A DNA stretch of 64,000 bases from Lingula anatina. Its lineage: Eukaryota; Animalia; Brachiopoda. The translations under genes were made by a program, and so were the position numbers. Location: the NCBI GenBank assembly GCA_051362555.1, contig CM120641.1, positions 6,138,001 to 6,202,000 on the forward strand, in the 5' to 3' direction. Positions 1-13,830 of this stretch are shown here, piece after piece (the stretch's first letter is position 1; every line of letters starts with the position of its first letter). Under the pieces are notes generated by a model. The model was given only the letters and a program-made list of their open reading frames with translations, was not told where the DNA came from and ran no database searches.

Positions 1-508
1 GTATAACTTTCTTCCAATATGCCTAATGAGATTTTCTTCAAGGAAGTTGCTCAAGTCTACCATAAAGTATTTCATGAACTTTCCTATTAAATTTCACATA
101 AATTGTGAACAAACACGCGCGCACACACACACACATACAAAAAAAAATTTTTTAAAGAAAAGAAAAAAAGCTTTTCTTTGTTCTTACTGTTTGAACTAAA
201 AATTGATCATTTCCAATAGTTTAAAATAAGATTGGTGGTCTAATTAAACAATTTTTCTTCTATTCTTCAACTACAGTACATGGCAGGATTTGAGCAGGTA
301 CTTTAACTCAGGATAATGAGAGGACAGGAACTTTCAGTAAATGACAAAGAAAATCTAGTTTGTTTATCCTTTGATAATTTTTATTTGATTTACTTATGAA
401 ATTGGTGGAAAATAAGCTGTTTGGCTAAAATGAGACATGCTTCACAGCAACCCCAGTAAGTAGCACATCTCCAAATAAAGGAAGTTTTTCTGGTAGATTC
501 TATTCTTC

Positions 509-852
509 AAGGGATGACATTTCTTCATTTTGGCAGGAAAAGTGCCATAAAAAGGATAAAGAACAACTTTTCCATATATTGCAATGGGTAAAGAATCTGT
601 TCTGACATTCAAAGTTAGTCAAATGTTTTCTTTTTAAGTTTTTTTTTTTTTGTAATAATCTCTAAAGAGATTATTATGGAGGGTAGCCATCTATGCAGGT
701 CCACATGGTCCGCTGGCAAGCACAGATTTCAGAATAATTACGATAAGCGCCCTTCTGCAGGTAAAATGGAATTATTATATCCCATGTGTTCTTTACAATT
801 GAATGTATTTATTGTGGAATTTTGAATCTCATATGAATAGTTGTTATCCCTT
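509..852. mobile_element. Non-autonomous TIR element (MITE-like), ends AAGGGAT(G/A)ACA...TGTTATCCCTT
   Basis: Short terminal inverted repeats. Internal sequence (e.g. GTAGCCATCTAT..GGTCCACATGGTC..GCAAGCACAGATTTCAG) recurs reverse-complemented at 19343-19903. Confidence 0.7.
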
Positions 853-980
853 TTAAACTAATATCTACAAACAACCACACAGACAACATTGCTCAGAAGG
901 TCACTCATAAGCTCAGATAGACCAAATATGACCAAACGATGGTCAGCAGGCTTATAATCAAATTAAGCATGTCCACATAC

Positions 981-1068
981 CTGTGAAACGGTTCACCTCC
1001 ACGTAGCATTACTGAACCAATTACCAACTGGGGCCGTCCCACGGGATTATCTCTGTGAACATCTCCAC
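981..1068 (-). other. Probable 5' exon of an unidentified gene continuing beyond the left edge of the window
   Basis: 88-nt GC-richer segment flanked by tattctgcag| and |gtatgt on the minus strand. One frame is open (GDVHRDNPVGRPQLVIGSVMLRGGEPFH). Product not recognised. Confidence 0.4.
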
Positions 1069-1384
1069 CTGCAGAATACAGCAGACAATCAATTCTACAA
1101 TACAAGTCTACAGGCAGATATAACTTCTCCAACTCTACACATCTAAGTATATTATTAGCATTTCTGAAAGTCAGTCCCCTTTGTTTTTGAGTTATCCAAC
1201 TGTTAATAATTACAAGGCATAATAGATCTATACACAAATGGAGAATAATAAGGTTGGCTACCCTGAAGATATGTAGATAATCATCTTAAGGATTGATCAT
1301 CAATATCTAAGTCTAAACAATTCTTTACAACATTTCTAGTACCTTAAAATCCAGAGTAAAATTTTACATCATTTTTCAATCTAC

Positions 1385-1455
<71 letters not shown>
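1385..1455. repeat. poly-A followed by (TA)n microsatellite
   Basis: Directly visible. Confidence 0.95.
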
Positions 1456-1457
<2 letters not shown>

Positions 1458-4400
1458 AAACCCACCTTTGACAAGGATTTTAGATGTGCAAACATAATAA
1501 GTACTAAACCTCTGATATTACTTTTCTAAGTCATCTCTATCTCATAACTATTCTTCCATGGTGTTGTACTTATTCATATTGCTTTTAACTGAAAAGGCAT
1601 AATTTATTTAAAGAAATAGTCAATTTTTGGATTCTTTTCTGGACTATTATTCTAAAGCATCCATACAGCTTACACAACCACCTTCATCAAGATCCAAATG
1701 TTTTATTAAAAACAGTATCATGAACTTTGAGTCATAAAGCCTCCATTTCTTTGAACTTGGCTTCATCAACAGGCATATTAAATACGAGAATAAGAGAAAT
1801 AAACAAAAATTTCTGAACACCAAAACTGTTGGGGATAAGCCTCTGTGGTTGCAGCAGACTGCACGCTGATATGCGAAGATTAGTTTATCTTTCAACGCAG
1901 AACAAGTACAGCTATGCTGATCCAATGCCATTGGGTTAATCCTGAATTGTCAATACATATAGGAATAGTAGAGAAGTCAGAAAGCATCTCAGTATCATCC
2001 TGGCTGCAATACCATAAGAGCTCCTCCTAAAGAAAAAACCTTAAATGCTGAATTCATACAGTGTAATATTCCTATGCTCCCTAATCAACTTACAATTGCA
2101 ATGCAATCAGCCCTCCTAGATAAAACTTGCCTAAAAGCACTAAATGTTCTGTGGACTATCTGCATCATAGACTATCTGATTATTATAACAAATGGACAAT
2201 TAACTAATGATGGGCAGAAAAATCGACCAATTGCCTCCAGTGGAATTTCAACCTATTACCTTCTGCAAACATTTTAACAGGGTTGTATCTGGTGGCAAGT
2301 ACACAGTTCAAGGGAAATATTTTGAAAATACAATCTACTTTTCTAGTGAAGAATCAAAGCGATTCTGTGTGACACAGTGTTAAAAATATATCTTTCAATT
2401 AAAGACACACGCATATATGTTATATCACCAATGAGAAAAGAAATGGGCTATTGAGCCCACAACTGCTAAATTATCTCTCAAATTTCATCACTTCTCGAAC
2501 CCCACCCCCAGAGAAAAATCAATTAATTACACAAACTACAATCATGTTCGATAAACACTTACAAAGATGTGGTATAGGACTTCCAGTTCGACAAGTGCCT
2601 GACGTTTGGATCAAATGTGAACAAAATCCTGTTAATTTTGGACAACAAATGAAAACAAACTATTCTTCCTATCACCCTTAACTCCAGTTGGAACATTTAG
2701 TCCATCATATCAACCATATGAGTTCATGGTTACACTTGTGAGATGAAGTATTGATAGCACTTAATATATACAGCCATATGATATGACCATGGTAAAAATG
2801 ACACAAAACCTGACAAATATCATTATGGGGCTGAATCAAGACACTTAGGACAAGACTAGAATATTTCTTGCCAATGCCTGCATCAGAAACTAGTATATCA
2901 ACCAATACCAGTATCTGCCAAAAAAATTGTGTTTATTTTAGAATGTTGCACGTTATTAGATTATAAAATCTGTTTTCTATGCATACCTGAACATATTTGA
3001 ATACTTGTTAAAGTTAAATATTAATAAGATAAAATGCCCTAACAATCTTGCACAAAACTTGGAATTTGGTCACACTAATAAAAATGAATTTATATAAATA
3101 CAAACTTCAGCCCATATCACATTAAAAACAAAATATTCTTTGTATTTAATATATCTTATAGGATAATTCAATATGTCACAACACTGATTCTCTTTAAGTA
3201 TTAGTATTACATACATATTATTTGCATTGAAGAACTTGGATCCATCTGTTTTCTGACCAACTATGCCCATCTTTCTTAGATCTTTTTATTCATTTTTTCT
3301 ATTTTTGAGAAAATAATACACATCACTTTGCAAACTGCTTACCTGCATTTTCTGTTCACCTTGCCTTAATATAAAATGAACTTAATCCACAGAGGAATCT
3401 GTGCTATACCTCAAAAAAAAAAAAAAAAAAAAAAAAAAAAGCAATGATCAACATGAAATGAAGTGCATATTTTATCAATTACCACCTTCCACTAGACCTT
3501 CATAACATCATACCATTTGTGGCCACCTTAGAACTCTATCTTCTAAAAACCAACAGTGTTCAGACCCACTATCAGGAAAATGCCAAAGTTTACTGATTCT
3601 GTCAGAATATTTTGCTCAAACAAGTAATTGTCTGCCAGTACGAGGCAATAAAATCAATACAATTACTGCAGCAGACGATTTGGGGATTTCCAATGGCATT
3701 GCTCCATTGCAAAAATATTCAAATCTTGTCTTTGGTGTCTTGACTAACCCAATAAAATTCTATCAAGTTTACAGTTCAATTCCTAAGGGGAAGTCTTTCA
3801 TGTTGATTTAAAGCTATTTTGTATGATACACACACATACAACTTTTCTGCAGCAACAGCCACTGTCATGTTTTTATGTATACATTTTTTGTAAAATAGTA
3901 AAATGAACCCTATTTAAATTTTTATATCAAATGTAAGCAAGGGCAATTTCAAAATAGCACAGGTTGAAAAAAAAACATTACAGCAGCCCTTTTCTTTCAT
4001 TCACAAAAAAGCAGTTTCTACTCATTATGAAAAATTCTATGAAGATACCCATGTTCTTTCAATTTTTCAAGTTTTACTCAGTTAAAGAATTGTCAAAATG
4101 TTGTTCTAATAAAGAATTTCAAATCCCAACAAATCAATTGAAAATTCCATTTTAATCAATATAATTTTCAGGTAAAATGGTAACATTTAAAAATATTACC
4201 TGATTTGCTAACTATCAAACATACTAAAGTATATAAGCAAGAATAAGACAAAAAGTACAATGATGTCATCCAATTTTAACCTATATTCTATAAAAGCAGA
4301 TACAATTTTTTAATTCTTTGTTCATGCATTGTTAAAAATAAAATACTAGTATAATCATACCAGCACACAAATTACTTTATTTCTTTCACCTGATACACAT

Positions 4401-6928
4401 AAATTACTAGTAGGTCCAGTCTCACTGGAATATCCCTTTGTCAAAATTAATGAGACAAATTAATAAACTGGGGAGGGGAAAAAGCAAATACTGAGTACTT
4501 GAAATGAAAACTTAAAATCAAATAGGAAAGTTCACAATATGAAGAATTTGATCCAGGGCCTTCTTTTCTTCTTTTTTTTTTTTTTTTTTTACTATAACTG
4601 AGTATATACACACACTGCAGTAGCTAGCCTAGATTTATATAATTTATACATTCCTTATCCACTTTTTCCTTAACCAGGAAGGATGAAAACAACTCAATTA
4701 ATAATATTCTGATCAGTAATTCATTTGGTTGAAAGATTAATGTGTGTGTGCGTGTGTGGATGTGTGTGCATGAGAGTATATGAATGAGTGCATGCATCGG
4801 TGCACGAGTATCTGTGTGTGCATGAGTAACATTCCAGCCAAAATGGAAGATTTCGTTTAAACCAATGATAATAACAATTAACGTTCTTTATGAATATAAA
4901 AATAAATGGTTATCTCAAACCATGAATTTCAATTGCCTTCAAGTTAAATGCATAAACTTATGCTTATTGGTGCGACAGCCCGCGAGAACTCGGTGCTTCA
5001 GGTCAAAATGAAATGCACAATTAACTGGCAATTCACTCGTCGTTAGTCAAGAACTGTGCCGTTTAGTCCAACAGAGACTTGGTATCATGCTTAAACAAAA
5101 CTACATCTGATTTAACCCCAACTTTCTGGCACGGACACAGTCATTCAATGTTAACTACACAACTCTAAGCGAAATAAATCTTAACATACCGCTAAATCGT
5201 GTCTTCCTAAAATTCCAAGTCCCAGGTCCATTTTTCAGACAGCTATATATTATCGTGTGACCAAGCTCTAGTTAATTTGGGTGTTCGCCACTAAGTCATT
5301 AACAAGTGAAACTTAAAATTTATATACGTTTCATATGCTCACTGCAACCCCCACTGACGTGATGCAAACCATTTACTTACGTACGGTCACGCTTTAATTT
5401 TTTGCCATATTTAAGTTTCTATCCTCTTTTCGAAAAGAGCTGCAAGAAGATACTGGGTTTTGCACCCGAAGCAGGGATAGCAAGGTCGTAGACGTAACGA
5501 CCAAAGCAAAATGATAATGATAACTACTGCTGCAGTGAAAATTGTCTAGATGTCAGAACTAAATCTGAAGTGTTTCAATATGCCCCACGCATGCCAACTT
5601 CAAATGAATTTGTCCTTCGTTTGCCCCTGAAGTAGCATCTTTCTTTTCATTAATTGCAAGTGATTGTACTGGATATCTTTGGAACAGTTTACCACAAACC
5701 ACAAAAAACAGCCCAACCTCAGCTTCACTATGCATTTATTTACACCACTCTTTCCTTATAATACATTTTTCATTTAGTGACACAAACAAGCAAAATAATA
5801 ACTTGCCCACTAAATGATATATTTTTTACATATTAAAAACAGCTATTTATCACTGTATACGATAATGTAGTAGTGTTTCACAAATGAAAACTGCATGGCA
5901 AAGTGGCCAGGTTTAAAAAAATCAACCATCCTAATAATTGTTCTCTTATTTTACACAAATACCACAAATTTACAAATTCATTTTCCATACATCAAACATT
6001 CCTTTGCAAGGCATCAAATAAATGGATGGCAGTTGCTTAAACTAAATATCAAATAAATTTACATACCCATACCACAGTTGCAGTTGAATAAATACTGTGC
6101 AACAATAAGACCATCTATTCAATTAATCCAATTATGCTCTTAAAACAAAATATTTTTTCTATATTTACAATAAAAAGATCTCACAATTACAGATTACAAC
6201 ATGATACTTTGTACAGGGTAAAAATTCAGAAAATTGTTAAAATAAATGCCAGTTACCATGAGCTAATTTTTTTGTCATGATCCTACCAAAGTGAACGAGA
6301 TTATATGCTACAGGCATTTTGGCTAAAATCCCAGCATATATACATATTTTAGTCAGACATATGGGATATATGTATATGTTACAAAAGTGTGTTATTTCAT
6401 TTTCCATCTTTCATATAAGAAGTTCCTTCTTAATTTTATTAGGGAATAATAACAATGTTGTTCTGCATTTTTACATCAGTTATTTAGTTACAAAACAACA
6501 ACCTGGACAGGTCTCTCCATTTCAGTTTCTACATGTTTGTATAACAGAATGATTTATCGTTGTTGTAACATGATTGCTGAAAAAGTCCATTACATGTCAT
6601 CTTTTTTTGAGGAAGAAAAAAAAACTTGAAATCTTGAAACTAATGTTTCTTAAGGTCCTACATACTTTCAATGCATCTACTTTGAACCAATATTGGTTTC
6701 AAGAAGACACTGCATTTCATCTGGACCCTCCAATCTGACACAAAAAGTAAGGGTTGCCACAAGCACGAACAGCAAGTCTGAATGTGGCTTACATAGGGAC
6801 TTTTCTTGTAGTGCTTTGGAAGAGAGATCATTAATGTCCCTTCCTCTTAGAAAAAAAGTAGGTAGTTTTCCACATTTTCATCTTTCTTGGAGTGCCTGAT
6901 GATATACCATCCGTGTTGTTTGATCTTA

Positions 6929-9900
6929 CTACCTTGGACTTGGGCTAGGTGCTAAAATAATAAATCATTTGTAAGGTTTCCAAGATAACTCTAGCATGAT
7001 AAACAAATGTATATTTACATGGTTTAATATACTTTTTGTTGATATCATATTTAATCTATTATTACAAAATCTGGTACATGCATTCATTTAACTATATAGT
7101 ATACCTACCTTTTATGATAGGCAGACAATTTACATGAAGAGCACATCAGACAATTCATATGAAAAGCACACTTACCTTTCGTTTTATTAGAAGAATCAAT
7201 AATTTGCAAAAGGCATCTGCCAAATTCTTCCAGAACTAATTGCTGTTGTTTAGCTTCAGACAGTCTTTGCCTGTCTGCCTCCTCTGCCTGGGCCAACAAA
7301 CAAGCACATGTTGCTTCAACCACCTCTTGTGTCACAAAGGAGTATGGTAATCTGAAGAAAATAAAATTACAAAGTGAATATCAATCCCTTGACATGTTTC
7401 AGTCCCTACAGAATGATGCTACTCAGGACGAAATTTCTGAAATATGTCACACACAGTAGCAGCTTTTCACACTTACAATACAACCAGCATTTGCAGAATT
7501 GCACCTTTTTATTTTACACATTTTAAAATCTAGTAAAATTACAAAGACTTGTTTCAATTTCCAGTTGCAAATGACTTCCCAGAAGGCTTCAGATTTGCAA
7601 ATAGCAGTATCTAGAGGGGCTTACTTTTCTCCTGCAGTCAGAGCCTGCTGTCTGCTGGGTAGGTCTTGAAACTGGGAAGACAGTTTACTTTTGGCTGCTG
7701 TCTGTTGCTGCACTCGGACTTCAGCTGCATCAGCAAGATGCATAAGAGTTTTTCTTTCGGGACTCTCCTCAAAATTCTTACAGCCAACACATTTGCAAAT
7801 AGCAGAGCACATAATTTTGGCCTGAAAAACGAAAGGGGTCGAGGATGTATGAGAAAATTATCTTTAAAAACTGTAGAAGAAATTTTTAAAAATTTGTTGG
7901 CCAGAGCCCTAAAAAGAGTGAAATACATAATGCCAAATAACTCATCTACAGCACTTGTATGCAAAGTTATTATTTTTTTCTGATTACAAAACAAGTATTT
8001 AATTTAAAAACCTAAATGTAGTAACCAAAGATTTAAAAAAAAAAACACTGATTAAGGTATAGTACCAAATGAGTGTACCAGCACTCACCTCATAGCATTC
8101 ACAGTAATTCTTTAGACAGCCAGATCTCTTGCAATTGCACCCCTTTTGATGCCTCCTATCACCTTCACCCCCTTTGCCTAAAAATACATTCACATATTAA
8201 AATTAAACACAAAACTGTGATCCCTACCATTTTTTCTTGTACATCTGAAGTAACCATTACATCATTTCCAGTTTAAGACATCAGAACTACTCACCTATTT
8301 TGGGGTGAAATGCAAGAGGATTTCTTTCTAAACAAGATTTGATCGCTTTCTGTCTTTCTTCTTCGTGCTCCAAGTTATTTGCACAGTTTGTACAGTTGCA
8401 ATTGTGACAGAATTCACCATTGGCAAAACAGTCACAATATCTGAAATCATGAAAAAGTTTGCAATTTTCTTCATAAAAATCAGTCTGTATTAAATTCAGA
8501 GCAATCTTGACAATTTCTAACTATGTTACAGTCACTTTCTAAAAACAGTGCCATATTCATGTGCAACTGTGACCCAAGAACTCAGAAAGTGGGGCTGAAA
8601 CTGTCATTAGTTAGTGGAAAAAGTGTGAACCAAAAACCCATGAAGATCATTTCCTAATATTATTGAAGATCCAATCATTTTCTTTTACATATATTTTGAA
8701 AAACAAGCGGGTGTGGAACACAATCTGAGACAGGTGGCAAACTACTGACAAATTAGTCCATGAAAAAGATCTTTATTTCAATTTTCTTATACTCTTCTCT
8801 GTATGTCTGAAATCCCCTTCACCATATTCATTCCTTCAAAATACTGTACCTTATACTTTTCTCTTTTATTTCTGTACATTGGTATTCTTATATCAACATT
8901 ACAATCCCGAGTGTTAGATCCCGAATTTTACAAAATTTTCTTTTTCTTTTCTTAATAAAGTTAAAATGTTTCAAATAAAGTATATTTAAAATAATGTTAG
9001 TAAGCAATGACAAAAATTAATTTTTATGTAAAAAAGTGGACATGTTAACAATCATTTTAAGTCCATTTGGCAAGCTAACATCAGCTAGAAATACTTACAA
9101 TTTGAGACACTGTGACTTTGTACAATTACAAGGTTTTCTAGGTCTAGCTCCTGTAGGCTCAATAGGTGATGACCTGCTAATAAAGTTAAATTTCACAAAT
9201 CACACAAAGTCATCAAAAATCTACAAGACCATTGAAGTCTGCGTACATTTTCTTTAGTTCATTCTCAATATATAACGTACAACCTAATTCATACAAAATT
9301 AACATCTCTCTTTTCAACTTGTCAGGACATATTTGTTGTGTCAGGTACGTATTCTTTTCAAAACAATTGCTGATGTTAAATTTCATATTTAATCAATTAA
9401 ATACATTATAAAAATTCAATTTAAAAATAAAGTAATACCCATTGATAACTGCATGCCTGGCCGCTACAGCAGCGCTGAGCACAGGGTCTTGGCTCTGTAT
9501 AGGAACAAAACCTGTATCTTTCTGGGAAGTAACTGGTGGCACTTGCTGTTGTTGCTGCTGCTGCTGCTGCTGTTGTTGTTGTTGTTGTGAAAGCTGCTGT
9601 TGAAACTGTGATGTTAAGAAAAAGCAACATTACTGACAGAAATTAAGTCAACTGGTATTATTTATGCTTGAAAACAACATAAAAGTGCAAAAACGAATTA
9701 AGGTCTTAACAAAAAACTAAAAACATTTGGAGATTGAGAGAACAGTTTCATTATCTCTGTATGTATCAATTCAAATTATTGTTTTTCTTTTTATCAAGAG
9801 CTTATAAGCGTTTACTCAGTCATTTACTCCCTGATGATGGTGACTGACAGTCACAGAAATATTGGAGGTAATACCCACATATTTTATAAGCTCTTGATAA

Positions 9901-12120
9901 AAAGAAAAACAATAATTTAAATTTGGAGATTGAGTGAGTCGATCAAATACATTGTGTTTACGGCACTATTTTCCCAAAATCTTTAGAGAAACAATCTTAT
10001 AATCTACCCGCCCTATTAATTTTTTTCTACCTGTGCTACATATTGAGCTGGCACTAAAGCAAACTGTTGCATCCCCTGTCCACCAGTTCCACTTGAAATG
10101 ATTGTAGTGCCAGGGGGCAGCCCAGACATATTGCTCTGTGCACTGGTCTTCCCTTGGGTTAAAGATGTTACAGGCTGTGATGCCTGCACTGTCACTTGTT
10201 GCTGTGTTGTGGCAGGCAAAAGCAATCTTTGCTGCTGGGTTGTAATCTGACTAGACCCCTATAGAAAAAAACAATTGCCAAAACCCCTGCATTACTTCAG
10301 AAGTGATAAAATATGCTTGTTATAATATTCTACTTTTTGTTACTGTTGATCTGAGTCTATACAGGATAAAAAGTTTTTTGAAAAGGAGAAAGATTTCTTA
10401 AGTGATTTTCAATGATGTTACTGCCTGGTAAATGAAATTATTTTTCAATAAAAGATTTTTTTACACAACCCTGTATGCAAAGCAGCAATTCAATGAAGAT
10501 AAGTAAATTCACTGTTGAAATGCTATACCTGTTGGACTGGGAGTGTAATCTTCAACTGGGTTGGCACACCTGCAGGTTGAGCAGCAGGAGCAATTGGTCG
10601 GGCTTGAATAGCAACTGGGGCTGAGCTGGCCTTGCTGGCTGTATAAAACAAGTATAATCATTTTTAAATTGTTACATTTTCAAATTTTAAATCACCTTTA
10701 TACTACCTTCTATTTCACTATGGTAAATATATTTTAATTTTGCAACTATGCATATATGTGCAACTGGAAATATTGTAAAAATTTTTACCACACCAAGTCT
10801 ATAAATGTAACCATACATGATATTTACAAAAAGGATGAGCCAAATTACTATGGGTGCATCATCATCTATTTTACAATATAGCTCTTGTACACCTACTGCA
10901 ATATAGCCAACTTACATAAAAAATTAGCATTACCTTGAGTTGAATTCACATTGGAGGTAGGTGCAGTGACAAGGCGTACATAATGGAATTTACTTCCTGG
11001 CACCTGGATTTGATGTACATTCCCAGTGTTTGCAGATGAAATGGGTATTGTAACTTGCTTCACTTGACCAGGTGCAGCAGCCATGGTTTGAGTAAGTGAA
11101 GTAGGTTTGACCATTTGCTGCAAGTACAACAACAACATATAATCAATATGTAACAGTCTTGCTGTTGATATTTAGTGCAATAGACAAAGAATTACTATTT
11201 ATCAAAAATACAAAAGCACATCAATTTACAACAATTTGCTTATTAACATTTCTAAACTGTGCATGCATTTTCAAATATAACAGGTAAACCAGTAAAACAT
11301 AACCAATTTAATCAGCATGCAATGACTGCTTTGGTTTAAATCTTACTTGAAGAGGCAGCCTTACCACTCCTGGTCTCTGAATTATCACCTTGGATGGTGA
11401 CATGGTTATTGTTGCAGGTTTGGCTCCAGCAGTTGCAGAAGTAAGCACTGTCCCAGAGCTCTGGCCAGCTACACCAGTAGTAACAACATTTCTTCCTCCT
11501 ACTAAAGCAACCATTGTAGATCCTGGTTGAAATCTTTGTGGAGATTTGCCTAATGAAACAGGAATCATTGTTATTTTAGTAGGGGTCTTTGAGGGAGATA
11601 TGGCAATCTTTCCCAGAGGTATAGTAGTGGTTTGCTTGGGTGGGGTTCCAGATTGGGCGATTATAACTTTGCCAGGTGACAAGCCTTGTATGATACCACC
11701 CTGAGAAAGAGTAATGGTCTTTGTTGGTGTTCCAGGCACTTGTTGAACTCCACTGACAACAGAAGCCATTGTCGTCATGACAGTTGAAGCTGCTGGAACA
11801 ACTCCAGATAGTGTTACAGGTACTTGTTGATTTGTGGAAGGATTTTTGGTTAAAACAACCTTGGTCACCACTGGTGCAGCCTGACTTGTCCTAGTTACTT
11901 CTTGCAGTGATGCTGGATTTATGAGTAGTGTATTTGATCCATGTGCTGGTTCCACTACCACAGCAGCAGAGCTGGGCACCCCTGTGTTTCCTTCCACGGC
12001 TGCGTTAGGGGCTCCCTGAAGCTTCGCTAGTTCTGCTTGAATGTTCTCAAGAGCTACAAAGTCTTGGCTACTGAGCTGGGAAGATCCCAGGTTACCCTCC
12101 CCAAGATCTGATTGCTCCAG
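6929..12120 (-). CDS. LIN54: Protein lin-54 homolog (tesmin/TSO1 CRC/CXC domains; MuvB/DREAM subunit), about 11 coding exons
   Basis: Spliced exons give [16 protein letters not shown]|[21 protein letters not shown]|[24 protein letters not shown]|[40 protein letters not shown] and [36 protein letters not shown]. Also present: [14 protein letters not shown] and a polyQ exon near 9441-9603. Stop TAG at 6929-6931. The start is uncertain: CUG at 12120 is proposed, and the first in-frame ATG is at 11778. Confidence 0.95.
9773..9918. mobile_element. Small foldback/MITE-like element in a LIN54 intron
   Basis: Perfect 35-bp inverted repeat AAATTATTGTTTTTCTTTTTATCAAGAGCTTATAA at 9773-9807 and 9884-9918. 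Confidence 0.7.
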
Positions 12121-13306
12121 CGTGACTGGTAATGTGTCTGGCTAGGTCCAAGGTGTAATCCTACTCAAGTGGGAATTCCTATTCAATTGGGGCTTCTCCC
12201 CCTGAAAATGGAGTATAATATCATTAAATTAAGGAGTAGCTATTTCATGCGACAGGCTACATGTCAAAAAGTAAGATTTCATGGTACAGTCATCAACTCA
12301 TTCATTTATCACAGAAAGGATCAAACCCTTGTAACCATTTAATTCAAAGGAAAATAAAAATTTGGAAGCTTTTATAGTCACATTTATTAGGTAATAAACA
12401 AACTATGATTTATTCATTGAAACAATGGTGCATCCTGTTGTTTGACACTGACACGACTTAAAATATATTAACTGGATTAAGAATTACCTCTACCCTGCAA
12501 CAATCTTTTTGTCTCTGGACCAACCTTTTCACAAATCAAAATTGCACATTTTAGAGAATTTTCCAGTAGGATAAGAAAGAGTTAATTGATTATCCACTTC
12601 AGATCTTGATCCTAGACTTACCAATGAGTTTAGCTGATGTGAGCTCTCTCTTTGTTTTACATCCACCTCATTGTGATATTTTGAGAGTGGTGATACAACA
12701 TCTCATGGTAGGAAAGAAGAACAAACAACAGTGTTCTTGAGGAACTTAAGCATGAATTACTGAACATGATCAAAGAAAAGAAGCTTATTTTTCTGGGCCA
12801 TCAAGATTTCAAGGTGTCCCGATAAGGTGAAAATGTGGAAGGCTGAGGTTTGGATGGAAAACCAACATACAAAAATGGACAACAAAAGTGTAATAGAGGT
12901 CAAGGGACAGCAGTTGATAGAAAGAAATGTAGGGGCTTGGTCCATGGAGTGTGCTGACAATCTTCGAAAAGGGTGGATTGGGCTGATGATGATGATGATA
13001 TAACAAGGTCATAAGAAAATGCATCAAGCTTGGGCCACATAGGTGAAATTTATCAACAGTTCACAAAAGACATAAACACCTTGCATTCATTTTTTTAAAA
13101 TACAGTATGCATCTGTAATTTTATTCAATTCACCATGATACAGGTAATTAGTCAATTTGGAGTCTTGACCCAAATATCCAAAACAAACCTTAACCCTACG
13201 GTTACACATGGCATCGACCCTTATCATTAAACATTCTTTAACTTCCCTGTATCATTTCCTCAACAACTTAGAAAAATACGATTACATCATCAAGTATTTA
13301 ACCTAC

Positions 13307-13830
13307 TGAATTTCCCCCAAGATATTCTCCACCAGCGTGCTTGAAAGGCGCGCCATTTGCTTGCCTAAAATGCAGGGAAATTTGAACGGCAAAACATACG
13401 GGGCAAGACTGCTTGGTTTCTTTTGATAACAAACCGACAAGAAAAGTCTTAACTTCCGATCGAAGTGAGCTACCACTCTTCTTAAGCCCGATGCAATGTT
13501 AATGTTAATTTTAATCGAGTATTTTGCAAGTATTTTTCGTGAAAATGTGACATAGTCGGTAAAGAGGTCTTCATCGCAAGCCATTCCATGCTCGTCGACC
13601 TTTCCATTGCACCATTATACGGACGGATGATAAGGTCATTATTGCATAATGACCCCTTGAAGTTGAGTTTAATTTATGAGAAATACCGCTAGCGAATCTT
13701 ACCTGTTCCTGAGGATTGCATTCCCAATTGTTCAAAATCACGCGCCCACCATTGCCATCCCATAATGTTAACACCAAAGCTACAATCCGCGAAGTAAGAA
13801 ATGAACCAATCAGAAGCGAATGCGACAGGT
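13307..13830 (-). promoter_or_regulatory. LIN54 promoter / non-coding first exon
   Basis: Locally CpG-rich. YY1-like AAATGGCG near 13351-13358 (minus strand), donor TTCA|gtaggt at 13307, CCAATCAG at about 13806. Confidence 0.5.
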
